Positions 6,227 to 15,550 of a stretch of DNA of 64,000 nt are shown in pieces. The stretch is taken from assembly GCA_035627015.1 (NCBI GenBank), contig DASPMO010000081.1, positions 8,339-72,338 of the forward strand. The letters run 5' to 3'. Every line of letters begins with the position of its first letter. The first letter of the stretch is position 1. The notes under the pieces were generated by a model. That model searched no databases and was not told where the DNA came from. It worked only from the letters and a program-made list of their open reading frames with translations. The stretch comes from Thermoanaerobaculia bacterium (GTDB taxonomy: Bacteria > Acidobacteriota > Thermoanaerobaculia > Gp7-AA8). A program made the translations under genes and the position numbers.

Positions 6227-8047
6227 TTATCTTTCCACTGCTTCGAAGATCAAGGGGCGGCCTGCGTTGACGCGCAGGCGCAGGGAATCGGACTCGAGGA
6301 AGACGTAATAGATGCCGGCTTTCGGCACGGGGAGTCTCACGCGGTAGGTGCCGTCGTCGCCCGGCTCCAGGGCGAAACGCTGCTGCCACGTGCCGGGGGT
6401 GAGGAAGGCCAGCGCGTGCACGTCCGTCGCGTTGTGGTGCGGCTCGCGCGTGCCGGCGTCGGTGAGGCGGAAGCGCACTTCGAGCTCCTCGCCGGCGAGG
6501 ATCGGCTTCTTGTCGAGGATCGTCTCGATGGCCACCTCGCCGCGGGTTGGCTGCGGCGCGCCCTTCACCGCGAGGTCGAAACAGTGCACGACGCGCGGGG
6601 CGTTGAGGAAGAAGGCCACGTCGTACGTTCCCGCGGCCGGGACTTTCGTGCGGATGGTGAAGATGCCCGGCTCGGACTCGCGCAGGCTGCGGTCGATCAC
6701 CATGGCCGCCTTCGGTGAGCGTTTGGCCGCGCGGAAGTTCCCCATCGGCGCGGCCATTCCTTCCATGTAGTAGTAGACGAGGCGGTCGGCGGGATTGGCG
6801 ACCAGCACGGCCTTCGGCTCCGGCGCGGGGACGATGGCCGGCGCGAAGCTGATCGTCTCCGCGGCCGCGGGCGGGAGCTGTCCGCCGGGGAACGTGGCGA
6901 TGTTCGCGTTGGCGTCCTGGCCGAGGGCGCCGAGGCGGATCATCTTCACCTGATCCGAGCCGGCGGCGCGGACGTACGCGAAGTCGTCGGTGAAGGCGAC
7001 GTGGTCGGGCTCCTTGCCGACGTCCGTGGCCACGGTGACGATCTTCGCGGTGGCGGAGTCGAGGATGTAGACCGTGTTTTCTTTGCCGTTCGTGACGAAG
7101 GCCCAGCGGCCGCCGGGGGCGAACTGGATGGAGTTGTGGCCGGGCTTCGCGGCGATGCGCGTGGAGAGGCGGGCTGAAGCCCGCCCTACGTTCAGGACCG
7201 AGATGGAGCCGTCGTCGCGGTCGATGACGTAGGCCGCGTTGCTGAGCGAGGAGACGGCGATGCCGTACGGCGACGGTCCGGTGGCGATGTTGGCGACGCG
7301 CTTCATGGCCTCGATGACCGACACCGTGCCGTCGCTGCCGTTCGTGACGAGCGCGCGCGTGCCGTCGAAGGCGAGTTGATGCGGCGCGCGGCCGGTGGCG
7401 AGCGTGGTGAGGACCGTCAGCGACTTCGTGTCGATGACCGACAGCGACGGGTCGCCGGCGCGCTCGTTCTGATGCGTGACCCAGAGGCGCTCCTCCGCAT
7501 CGAGGACGAGCCGCGCCGGACGGAATGCGGTCTCGATGTTCTGCATCACCTCCCATGTTTCAGTGTCGATGGCAGCCACGCGGTTCACGAGGGGCATGGA
7601 GACGAAGAGGCGGCGCTGGTCGCGCGTGAGCGCCCAGTCGACGCCGGGACTGAGCAGCGTCACCGCGGTGAGGAGCTTGCTGCCGCCGAAGCCGACCAGC
7701 GGATCGATGACGGCCACGGACGGCTCCACGTTCAGGGTGATGACGTGGTAGCTGTTGAGGTCGACCACCGGGCGCGCGCGCAGCGTGCCGCCGAGGAACG
7801 ACTGGATCTTGTCCTTGCAGGTGGTGGAGCCCTTGCGCGCGTCGATCCACGCGGCCGGGCGAATCCCGCGGAGCCCCAGGCCGTCGTCGCCGTGCACGGA
7901 GAAGCGCAGCGTCACGTCCTCCCCTGCCGTGGCCTCGGCCGACAGCAACTCCACGGTCACGCCGTCGCGCTCGACCTTCTGCGGAGTGCCGGCGCTCGCG
8001 AAGAGCGCCGGCAGGAGCGACAGGAAGACCAGCTTACGGATGGACAC
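6227..8047 (-). CDS. secreted YVTN/beta-propeller repeat protein with Ig-like N- and C-terminal domains
   Basis: Signal peptide MSIRKLVFLSLLPALFASAG. Repeated beta-propeller-like blades (LFVSMPLVNRVAAIDTETW, LWVTHQNER..SVIDT, ALVTNGSDGTVSVIE, AYVIDRDDGSISVLN, AFVTNGKENTVYILD). The GTG start overlaps the MCO stop by 14 nt. Confidence 0.7.
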   Translation of the reverse strand: MSIRKLVFLSLLPALFASAGTPQKVERDGVTVELLSAEATAGEDVTLRFSVHGDDGLGLRGIRPAAWIDARKGSTTCKDKIQSFLGGTLRARPVVDLNSYHVITLNVEPSVAVIDPLVGFGGSKLLTAVTLLSPGVDWALTRDQRRLFVSMPLVNRVAAIDTETWEVMQNIETAFRPARLVLDAEERLWVTHQNERAGDPSLSVIDTKSLTVLTTLATGRAPHQLAFDGTRALVTNGSDGTVSVIEAMKRVANIATGPSPYGIAVSSLSNAAYVIDRDDGSISVLNVGRASARLSTRIAAKPGHNSIQFAPGGRWAFVTNGKENTVYILDSATAKIVTVATDVGKEPDHVAFTDDFAYVRAAGSDQVKMIRLGALGQDANANIATFPGGQLPPAAAETISFAPAIVPAPEPKAVLVANPADRLVYYYMEGMAAPMGNFRAAKRSPKAAMVIDRSLRESEPGIFTIRTKVPAAGTYDVAFFLNAPRVVHCFDLAVKGAPQPTRGEVAIETILDKKPILAGEELEVRFRLTDAGTREPHHNATDVHALAFLTPGTWQQRFALEPGDDGTYRVRLPVPKAGIYYVFLESDSLRLRVNAGRPLIFEAVER

Positions 8048-11000
8048 GGAGGATCCCCCACATGCCGCCGTCGAGCATGAACGACATCTGGTTGCGGTAC
8101 ATGTAGTCGCCCGGGATCCGGAACAGGCTGCCGGCCCCGTGCTCCAGCACCGCGTCGAAGTGGCTGGACGGGCCGATGCCCATGAACGTGCCGGTCCATT
8201 CCGACTTGCCGTTGGCGCCGATGACGCGCGAATCGTTGATGTACGGCAGCTCGCGCCAGATGTGGCCGTGCAGATTGAAGACGCTGTTGCGCGCGTGCCC
8301 GCCGGCGGCGAGGATGCGGAAGCGCGTGGCCAGCCCGAGCTTGGCGTTGAAGAGCGGCGTCTCGGGATCGACGCCGAGGAGCGCGTTCGAGAAGGCGTTG
8401 GTGAAATCGATCGTGCGCGTGATCTCCAGCGGCGTCTGCGGCGGATAGCTGAAGCGCTTCCACATCGGCTCGGTGCGGTAGTTGAAGGCCTTGTGCCCCG
8501 AGTCCTCCGGATCCTCGGTCTCGGCGAGGAGCTTCACCGCCGAGTTGTCGTTGCCGTAGCGGAAGTTGATGTCTGTCTGGAACTGCAGGACGAACTCCTG
8601 GAATTGCTTCTCGCCGACCGTGATCACGGCCGAGGCGCGCATCTTCGGGTCCTCCCACCACGTCGAGCCGGCCGGCTCGATGATCAGCGAGCCGATGGCG
8701 CCCTTGTGGGCGTGCTTGATCGTGTCGGACGGCATGAGGTTCGTCGAGCCGAACTCGCGCGGCACGTGCACCATCGTGCCGAAGGGATCGGCCTCGAAGC
8801 CGCCGGCGTACCACTGATAGGTGATCGAGCCGCCGGGGGCCACGGTCTGCGTCGGATTGAAGCCGACGTTGTAGCCGTCGCTGTCGGTGACGTCGTAGTA
8901 GACGAGCTGCGGATGCAGGCCGACGTTCACCGACGGCTTGATCTGGTTGTTGTTGAAGTCGCGCACGATCATCGGCAGCGTGTTGAAGCCGTCGAGGTCG
9001 TACGGCGTGGACGGCAGGAGATTGGTCAGCGTGAGGTTGATGCAGTCGCCCGCCGCGGCGCGGAGCACGAGCGGCTCGATCGGCGCGTCGGGCTTCAGCT
9101 TGCCGGTGAGCAGGTTGAGGTCCGACATGCGCACGTAGAGGATGGCCGTCGGGTCGTGCAGCCTGCCGCCCTGGTTCGTGCGCGAGTTGTAGACCAGCGT
9201 GTTCGCGGGCAGGGCGACGTCGGCGCGGATCGCCGCCACCTGGAAGTTCTGCGGGTTCGCGCCGCTCGGGCAGATTCCGTCGACCGTCAGCGGATTGAAG
9301 TTCGCGCGCGCGTCGGCGTTGCTGGGCAGCGGGCGCAGCACCGGCCGCTCTCCCTTGTACGCGCGCATGATTCCCCAGAGGCCGTTCCAGAGATCGTCCG
9401 TGGCCCGGCCGGCGGTGTAGAGGAAGTCGCCGAATTTGCCTTCGGCCGTCTTCGGCAGGGCCGGGATGATGAACTCGAAGTGCTCGGAGATGCCCATCAT
9501 CTGCGAGTTGCGGAAGCCGGAGTCGGTATACGACGGCTCGAACAGCCACTTCACGCCGTTGACCGAGAAGTTGTGCCCCTCCTCGTGCGCGCCGACGAGG
9601 ATGCGGATCTGCACGCGGTCCCCCTCGTACGCCTCGAGGAGCGGCGTGAACGGATCGCCCGGCTGCACGTTCTTGCTGAGCGGCGGATAGAACGCCGGCT
9701 GCACGTTCAGCAGTGGATCGGCGCGGGTGATGTCGGAGCGGAAGGCGAAGGAGAGATCGCCGGCCAGTCCGGGTGCCTGCGTGTTCGTGTTCGGATCGCG
9801 CACGCGCAGCGCGAGCGGCTCGTTGCGGTAGTTGATGACCATCGTGCCGGGATCGTCGGCCGAAATGGCCTCGGGGCACGGCGGCTTGTTGCCCACCTCA
9901 TCGCACTGGTCGGGCGGCGCGAGGAGGAACGGCAGTCCCACTTCCTTCTTGCCCGGAGGGTTGATCACCAGGTCAGGATTGGGGAAACGCTCGGCCTTGG
10001 CCTCGTACGCGTGCTGGAAGTCGGCGAACTCGAGGAGGAACTCGCGGAAGCTCTGGTTGCGGGCGGGCGGATGGATGTCGGCGCGCCAGCTCGTGGGGCC
10101 GCCGTCGAAGCGCCCGCCGTACGGATTGCCGGTCTCCGGATCGAGCCACGCGGAGCCGAACGGCTCGACCACCAGTCCCGCGTACAGGCCGACCTGCTGA
10201 TGGGACGAAGGACCGAAGTGATCGTGCGTGAAGACCGTGCGCAGCGTGCGGTCGACGCCGGCGTTGTTCAGCACTTCGTCCGCGTACCAGCGCTGCACCG
10301 TCGTCTGCGCGCCCTTCACGTGGAAGAACGGATGCGGCTTGGGCTCGAGGTCGATGCGCGTGCCGTTCGGGAGCAGCAGCCCGCCGCCTTTGTTGATCGC
10401 CTCGATGCGCTCGATGACGTCGTCCGGCGAGAAGCTGCCGTCCTCGTAGTTGAAGCCGTTGGCCGCGCCGTCGGAGGCGGTGACGTCGAACTTCACGAGG
10501 TGGATGTGCTGGCCGGTGATGTCGGTCGGCGTGCGCACCTGGAAGTCGTCCATCTCGTAGAAGCCGGGGACGAGGTTGACGAGCTGGAACTCGATGCAGT
10601 CGCGGCTGTTGGCGCGGAAGAAGAGCGGCTCCGGAGCGCGCGCGCCGCTGATGGTGTCGTCCACGTCGTCCCACAACGCGCTCATGCGCTGCTGGAAGAA
10701 GTGCCACCCGACCTTATTGAACTTGATATCAGGGAGCTGGAAGTTGGCCGACTGGTAGCGCCGGTAATTGCCGGTCGGCTGGCCGTCGTCGGTCACGCAC
10801 GGGTCGGCGTACGGCGCGCCGGGCTGCCGCGGCAGTCCGTTGGTGATGAAGCGCCCGGGCGTGCCGTCGGGCTTGAAGGTGACGTGCTCGCGCTGCTCGT
10901 GGAAGCGCATGGCCGCCTGCTCCACGTCCGTCCCCGCCTCGGGCAGCGCGAAGGCGTCGGCGGTCAGCAGGATCTTCGTGAAGTCGGTGCGGGTGTGCAG

Positions 11001-12845
11001 CTCGAAGAACGTGCCGCCGGTGATGATGTGGCGCGGCAGTCCGCCGTCGTGGATGGTGTCGAGCGGCGGATGCGGCGGGCGGTGTCCGGCCACGCCGGGG
11101 ATGAAGAACGGGTAGCCGGGATTGCCGTCGCCCTTGATGACCACCTGCCCTTTCTCGATGAACGCCTTCGCCCGCGGCAGCGGCGCCATCGGAATGGTCG
11201 GCAGCGGCACGATGCCGGGGATAGGCGTGCCGGCCTCGATCTCGCCGTCGGGCAGCGCGCGCGACTCCGCGGCCGGACGCCCTTCGCCGTCGAGCACCGT
11301 CCCGAGCTCCAGCACGTCGTGCACGCGCCACATCCCCCACATCCCCATGGCGAAGTGCGGGTAGAAGTGGCAGTGGAAGATCGAGTCGCCCACGGCCAGG
11401 TTGCGGTTGCCGCTGCCGTGGTAGGCCATCTCCAGCGTGAATGCGCTGCCCGGCCCGATGGCCTGGCTGTCGAGATACGAGGAGTCGTCCTCGTCCGGCG
11501 TGTGCAGCCACTGGTGCGTGTGCTGGTGATGGATGTGATGCTCCTTCGAGCCCGCGTGCAGGATGCGGAACTTGAGGTGGTCGCGCAGGTAGCTGTGGTA
11601 GACGTTCGACGGATCCTCGGGGAAGAAGGCCTTGGTGGCCTTCTTGCCGATGGTGAAGCAGTCGAGCTTCCCTCCCTGGATCTCGTCCTTCGTGCACGGC
11701 GCGTTGGCCGGCACGTCCACGACCATGGCCGGATCGGCCACGGCCCACGCGGAGAGGAAGAAGTCCTCGTACTTGCACTCCGTACAGTCGGCCATCGGCC
11801 CGACGCCGAAGCGGTTGGCGAGGATCTCCGCGCCGATGCCGCCCGTGCCGTAGTTGATGGCGAAGGCATCGCGCACGCTGTGCAGCGTCGGCTCGAGCTC
11901 CTTGTCGTGGAAGTGCGGGAAGGCCTGCACCGCGCCGATCTCGTCGTGATAGATGGTCACCACTTCCCGGAAGGGCTGGTTGCGGTCCGGCTCGACGGCC
12001 ACGGGACTGTATTTGTCGATGTGGCGTCCCGCGTTGGGGCCGGTGATCATGGCCGTGAGATCGGAGTAGATGATCTCGTTGTTGTAGAGCATGTTCAGCA
12101 CGGGCTCGGGGGCGCGCGGATGAGGGGCGGTGTACGTCTGGGCGTAGTTGATGACCGGATAGCCGAACGCGTTCACGCTGGTGATGACGCGCGTCATGTC
12201 CTCCCGGGTGATCTGGCTGCGGTACCACTCGGCGTCGCGCGGCTGCACGGTGATGGCGCCGAAGAGGCCCGCGTTGATCGAGCCGCCGTCGCCTTCGCCG
12301 CCGGTCTGCGCGGCGGTGCTGTACATCAGGTAGCCGCCTTCGCGCTCGGCGTAGAGGTTGTAGAACGTGCTGCCGCCCGGCGCCACGAGGCTGCTCGGGT
12401 TGTTGCCGACGTTCGAGCCGTCGGAGGCGATGCTGCCGACGAGCTGCATGCCGATGACGTGGATCGACGCGGTGCGCGTGACCGGCTGCTGGTCGTCGAC
12501 CGGACGCCGGCGCAGGAGGTTCTGGAAATCGATGCGCAGGCAGTCGCCGACGTTCATGCGCAACACGAGCGGGCGCGGACGCTTGCCGTCGCGCAGGCGC
12601 ACGTTGCCGGCCACCATGCCGAGGGAGGGATCGATGGGCACGACGTCGCGGCGCAGCGCGTAGATCATCCCCTGCGGCTGCACCGCGCCGAGGCGGTTCC
12701 AGAAGAACACCTGATCGAGCGCGACCACGTTCGCCCGGAGCTGGCGCGTGCAGGGAGCCGGGGTGGGGATCGGGAAGACCTGCGCGTGCAGCGCGCCGGC
12801 CAGCAGCAGAATCGCGGCGAGGACGAGGAGCCGTTTGCTGTTCAT
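8034..12845 (-). CDS. giant multicopper oxidase family protein (about 1600 aa, secreted)
   Basis: Cu-site motifs FHCHFYPHFAMGMWGMWRV (HCHxxxHxxxGM), HHIHHQHTHQWLH, GQHIHLVKFD, FTHDHFGPSSHQ and NLHGHIW. Signal peptide MNSKRLLVLAAILLLAGALHAQ. GAGGAG RBS precedes ATG 12845; the ORF-track start at 12911 is upstream. Confidence 0.8.
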   Translation of the reverse strand: MNSKRLLVLAAILLLAGALHAQVFPIPTPAPCTRQLRANVVALDQVFFWNRLGAVQPQGMIYALRRDVVPIDPSLGMVAGNVRLRDGKRPRPLVLRMNVGDCLRIDFQNLLRRRPVDDQQPVTRTASIHVIGMQLVGSIASDGSNVGNNPSSLVAPGGSTFYNLYAEREGGYLMYSTAAQTGGEGDGGSINAGLFGAITVQPRDAEWYRSQITREDMTRVITSVNAFGYPVINYAQTYTAPHPRAPEPVLNMLYNNEIIYSDLTAMITGPNAGRHIDKYSPVAVEPDRNQPFREVVTIYHDEIGAVQAFPHFHDKELEPTLHSVRDAFAINYGTGGIGAEILANRFGVGPMADCTECKYEDFFLSAWAVADPAMVVDVPANAPCTKDEIQGGKLDCFTIGKKATKAFFPEDPSNVYHSYLRDHLKFRILHAGSKEHHIHHQHTHQWLHTPDEDDSSYLDSQAIGPGSAFTLEMAYHGSGNRNLAVGDSIFHCHFYPHFAMGMWGMWRVHDVLELGTVLDGEGRPAAESRALPDGEIEAGTPIPGIVPLPTIPMAPLPRAKAFIEKGQVVIKGDGNPGYPFFIPGVAGHRPPHPPLDTIHDGGLPRHIITGGTFFELHTRTDFTKILLTADAFALPEAGTDVEQAAMRFHEQREHVTFKPDGTPGRFITNGLPRQPGAPYADPCVTDDGQPTGNYRRYQSANFQLPDIKFNKVGWHFFQQRMSALWDDVDDTISGARAPEPLFFRANSRDCIEFQLVNLVPGFYEMDDFQVRTPTDITGQHIHLVKFDVTASDGAANGFNYEDGSFSPDDVIERIEAINKGGGLLLPNGTRIDLEPKPHPFFHVKGAQTTVQRWYADEVLNNAGVDRTLRTVFTHDHFGPSSHQQVGLYAGLVVEPFGSAWLDPETGNPYGGRFDGGPTSWRADIHPPARNQSFREFLLEFADFQHAYEAKAERFPNPDLVINPPGKKEVGLPFLLAPPDQCDEVGNKPPCPEAISADDPGTMVINYRNEPLALRVRDPNTNTQAPGLAGDLSFAFRSDITRADPLLNVQPAFYPPLSKNVQPGDPFTPLLEAYEGDRVQIRILVGAHEEGHNFSVNGVKWLFEPSYTDSGFRNSQMMGISEHFEFIIPALPKTAEGKFGDFLYTAGRATDDLWNGLWGIMRAYKGERPVLRPLPSNADARANFNPLTVDGICPSGANPQNFQVAAIRADVALPANTLVYNSRTNQGGRLHDPTAILYVRMSDLNLLTGKLKPDAPIEPLVLRAAAGDCINLTLTNLLPSTPYDLDGFNTLPMIVRDFNNNQIKPSVNVGLHPQLVYYDVTDSDGYNVGFNPTQTVAPGGSITYQWYAGGFEADPFGTMVHVPREFGSTNLMPSDTIKHAHKGAIGSLIIEPAGSTWWEDPKMRASAVITVGEKQFQEFVLQFQTDINFRYGNDNSAVKLLAETEDPEDSGHKAFNYRTEPMWKRFSYPPQTPLEITRTIDFTNAFSNALLGVDPETPLFNAKLGLATRFRILAAGGHARNSVFNLHGHIWRELPYINDSRVIGANGKSEWTGTFMGIGPSSHFDAVLEHGAGSLFRIPGDYMYRNQMSFMLDGGMWGILRVHP

Positions 12846-12921
12846 CTCCTCACGATGGCGCCGCATGCCACGCGCGCGCATCGGACGGAAAGGACCGGAC
12901 ACCCGGCACAAATGTGCCGGG

Positions 12922-13578
12922 TCAGCGCCGGACGACGTCGGAGTCGTGCTCCCCGTCGTACGCGTAGCGCATCAGCTCGAGGCGGTTGGCGACGGAGAGC
13001 TTCTCGAAGATCGACGTGAGGTGATGGCGCACGGTGGTGTGGGTGATGGAGAGGCGCTCGGCGATGGTCTTGTTCTGTAGTCCCTGCGTCACGAGCTCGA
13101 CGATCTCCTGCTCGCGGCGCGTGAGGCGGCCGGCATCGTCCTGCACCTGAAAGACACTCGCCGCCGTCGAGCGCTCCACCCACACGCCACCGGCCAGCAC
13201 CACGCGGATGGCGCGGAGGAACAGTTCCGCGGGACGGCTCTCCAGCACCACCCCCGCCGCACCCTTGTGCATGGCCTCGGCGAGGCTCTTCGGATGGTCG
13301 CTGCGCGTGACGATGAGCACCGGACAGCCGTTCGCCGCGGCGAGGAGCTGCTCCAGCTTCTCCATCCGCGTGAGCCGCCGCGCGTCGAGATCGAGCTCCA
13401 TGACCACCACGTCGGCCGCGGCGGCGCGACGGCGCAGCGCCTCGGGCTGGTTGAAGCACTCGTCGACGACGTGCAGGCCGCCACCGCTCACGAGCAGCCC
13501 CAGCGCCGTACGAATCAACGGCTGATCGCCGCTGATGAGCACACGTTCACCACTTACACCGGGGGGGAGGGCCGCCAT
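12922..13578 (-). CDS. LuxR/NarL-family response regulator (receiver plus HTH); start uncertain (13542-13578)
   Basis: C-terminal HTH LTRREQEIVELVTQGLQNKTIAERLSITHTTVRHHLTSIFEKLSV. Receiver-like N-domain VLISGDQPLIR...VVVMELDLD. No partner kinase gene is adjacent. Confidence 0.75.
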   Translation of the reverse strand: MAALPPGVSGERVLISGDQPLIRTALGLLVSGGGLHVVDECFNQPEALRRRAAAADVVVMELDLDARRLTRMEKLEQLLAAANGCPVLIVTRSDHPKSLAEAMHKGAAGVVLESRPAELFLRAIRVVLAGGVWVERSTAASVFQVQDDAGRLTRREQEIVELVTQGLQNKTIAERLSITHTTVRHHLTSIFEKLSVANRLELMRYAYDGEHDSDVVRR

Positions 13579-13694
13579 TCGGCAGGGAGGGCATTCACGA
13601 TGACTGCCAAAAATACAGATGATGTCGCGTATTGGACATGCGCTACCGCATTGCATGCGGGACGCCGGCGGTCCGTATCGAGGGCCCGCCTCTC

Positions 13695-13862
13695 CGGCCG
13701 CAGCAGCATCACGCTTCCTCCCACCACTTCCCCGCGCGAGTGCGTCACGACCGAGACCCGGGACGTGGCACTCCCCACGGGCGTGGCGATCATGCCCGCG
13801 GTCACGCGCTGGCCGGGCCGCAGGCTGACGAACAGAGAGGCTTCATCGCTTCGTCGCCACGC
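13695..13862 (-). pseudogene. orphan 3' fragment paralogous to the C-terminus of the BNR-repeat gene (24407-27910)
   Basis: AWRRSDEASLFVSLRPGQRVTAGMIATPVGSATSRVSVVTHSRGEVVGGSVMLLRP aligns with AWEVGSDEASLFVDLRPGQRVTAGVIATPEGRTTSRVSIVQRSRGEVAGGSVMLLRPQ-stop. There is no upstream gene body and the stop codon is lost. The motif GCGGGACGCCGGCGGTCCG is shared downstream of both copies. Confidence 0.75.
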
Positions 13863-14029
13863 GCCGGTACGCGGCCGTCGTGAGTGCCCCGGTGGAGACT
13901 CATGTCGCACTCGATGCAGATGCGATCTACGCACTGTTCCCGAATGCGGAGCCGCTCCAGTTGTGCTGCGCCAGCGAGTCCGGAGCGTCGTACCGCCGCT
14001 GCACGAGCCAACGTGTCGGCCGTCAATCG

Positions 14030-15550
14030 TCACTCAGCGGGAATCACCGCCGCCCGCTGCTCCAGATCCCCGAGCACGTCCTCGATCTGCGCAAGCGCGG
14101 AGCGGAGATCATCCGCAATCTCCTGCGCCAGGATGTGCGGGTCCGGGAGATTGTCCGAGTCCTCCAAACTCTCGTCGCGCAGCCAGAACAGATCGAGGCT
14201 CACCTTGTCACGGGCAAGGATCTCTTCGTACGTGTACGGCCGCCAGCGGCCCTCGGGCGTCTGCTCTGACCATGTCGCGCTGCGGTGGTGACGGTCGCCG
14301 GGCCGGTAGCATTCGACGAACTCGTCGAGGTCCGCGCGGGTCATCCGCTTGGTCTTGAGCGTGAAGTGCTTGTTCGTGCGGAGGTCGTAGACCCAGACCG
14401 TCTTCGTCCACGGGTCTTTCGCACCGGGCTTGCGGTCGAAGAAGAGCACGTTCGCCTTCACCCCCTGCGCGTAGAAGATACCGGTGGGGAGGCGGAGGAG
14501 TGTGTGGACGTCGCACTCGTTCAGCAAGTTCCGGCGCACCGTTTCGCCGGCGCCGCCTTCGAAGAGGACGTTGTCCGGGACGACGATGGCCGCGCGGCCG
14601 TGGATGGCCAGCAGCGACTTCACGTGCTGCACGAAATTGAGCTGCTTGTTCGACGTGGTGGTCCAGAAATCGGGACGGCTGTAGGTGAGGGACTGGCGGT
14701 CGGTATCGCCTTCTTCGTTGACGATGGTGACGGACGACTTCTTGCCGAACGGCGGATTGGTGATGACGACGTTTGCCCGCACCGACGGCTCGTCGCGCAG
14801 GGCGTCGTCGATGGCGATCGGCGGCTCGTGCTCGTCCGTGCCGTCGGGACCAATGCCGTGGAGGAAGAGGTTCATCCCGCATAGGCGAGCTACGTTCGGG
14901 ACCAGTTCCACGCCGCGCAGCGCCTCGTAGCGGAGATGCCGCTTCTGGTCGCGATCGAGCGGGTAGTGGTTCTTCAGGTAGGCGTGCGCGGAGAGGAGGA
15001 AGCCGCCCGTCCCGCAGGCCGGGTCGGCCACAATCTCGCCCGGCTGCGGCTGGATGCAGTCGACGATGGCGTCGATGAGCGGGCGCGGCGTGAAGTACTG
15101 CCCGGCGCCTCCCTTGACGTCCTGGGCGTTGCGCTCGAGCAGCCCCTCGTACGCGTCGCCCTTCACGTCCGCCGACATGGCCAGCCACTCCTCTTTTCCG
15201 ATCAGCTCGACGACGAGCTGCCGCAGCTTGGCCGGATCCTGGATCTTGTTCTGGGCCTTCTCGAAGATGAGGCCGAGCATGCCCCGCTGCTGCCCGAGGA
15301 CGCGCAGCGTCTCGCGGTAGTGCTGCTCCAGCGCCACACCTTCCATGTGCGGCGCGGAGAGATCCGCCCAGCGATAACCCGTCGGAATGGCCTGCTCGTC
15401 GCCAGTCAGCCGCGCGCGCTCGTCGGCCATCTTCAGGAAGAGGAGAAAGGTGAGCTGTTCGAGATAGTCCTGATACGACAGCCCGTCATCGCGAAGGACA
15501 TTGCAGTAGGACCAGAGTTTTTGAACGATGCGGTTGGCGACGTCGCTCAT
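14030..15550 (-). CDS. hsdM: type I restriction-modification system, DNA methyltransferase subunit M (N6-adenine)
   Basis: HsdM N-terminal region IVQKLWSYCNVLRDDGLSYQDYLEQLTFLLFLKM, AdoMet motif ADPACGTGGFL, catalytic NPPFGKK. Confidence 0.92.
   Translation of the reverse strand: MSDVANRIVQKLWSYCNVLRDDGLSYQDYLEQLTFLLFLKMADERARLTGDEQAIPTGYRWADLSAPHMEGVALEQHYRETLRVLGQQRGMLGLIFEKAQNKIQDPAKLRQLVVELIGKEEWLAMSADVKGDAYEGLLERNAQDVKGGAGQYFTPRPLIDAIVDCIQPQPGEIVADPACGTGGFLLSAHAYLKNHYPLDRDQKRHLRYEALRGVELVPNVARLCGMNLFLHGIGPDGTDEHEPPIAIDDALRDEPSVRANVVITNPPFGKKSSVTIVNEEGDTDRQSLTYSRPDFWTTTSNKQLNFVQHVKSLLAIHGRAAIVVPDNVLFEGGAGETVRRNLLNECDVHTLLRLPTGIFYAQGVKANVLFFDRKPGAKDPWTKTVWVYDLRTNKHFTLKTKRMTRADLDEFVECYRPGDRHHRSATWSEQTPEGRWRPYTYEEILARDKVSLDLFWLRDESLEDSDNLPDPHILAQEIADDLRSALAQIEDVLGDLEQRAAVIPAE

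Noticed and set aside
7755-13019. 1754-aa plus-strand ORF covering the multicopper oxidase region
   Set aside because: Its composition is dominated by R/A/G/V/D/E/L runs with no recognisable motifs. It is exactly antisense to a gene with clear copper-site motifs, a signal peptide and an RBS, which makes it a typical high-GC shadow ORF.
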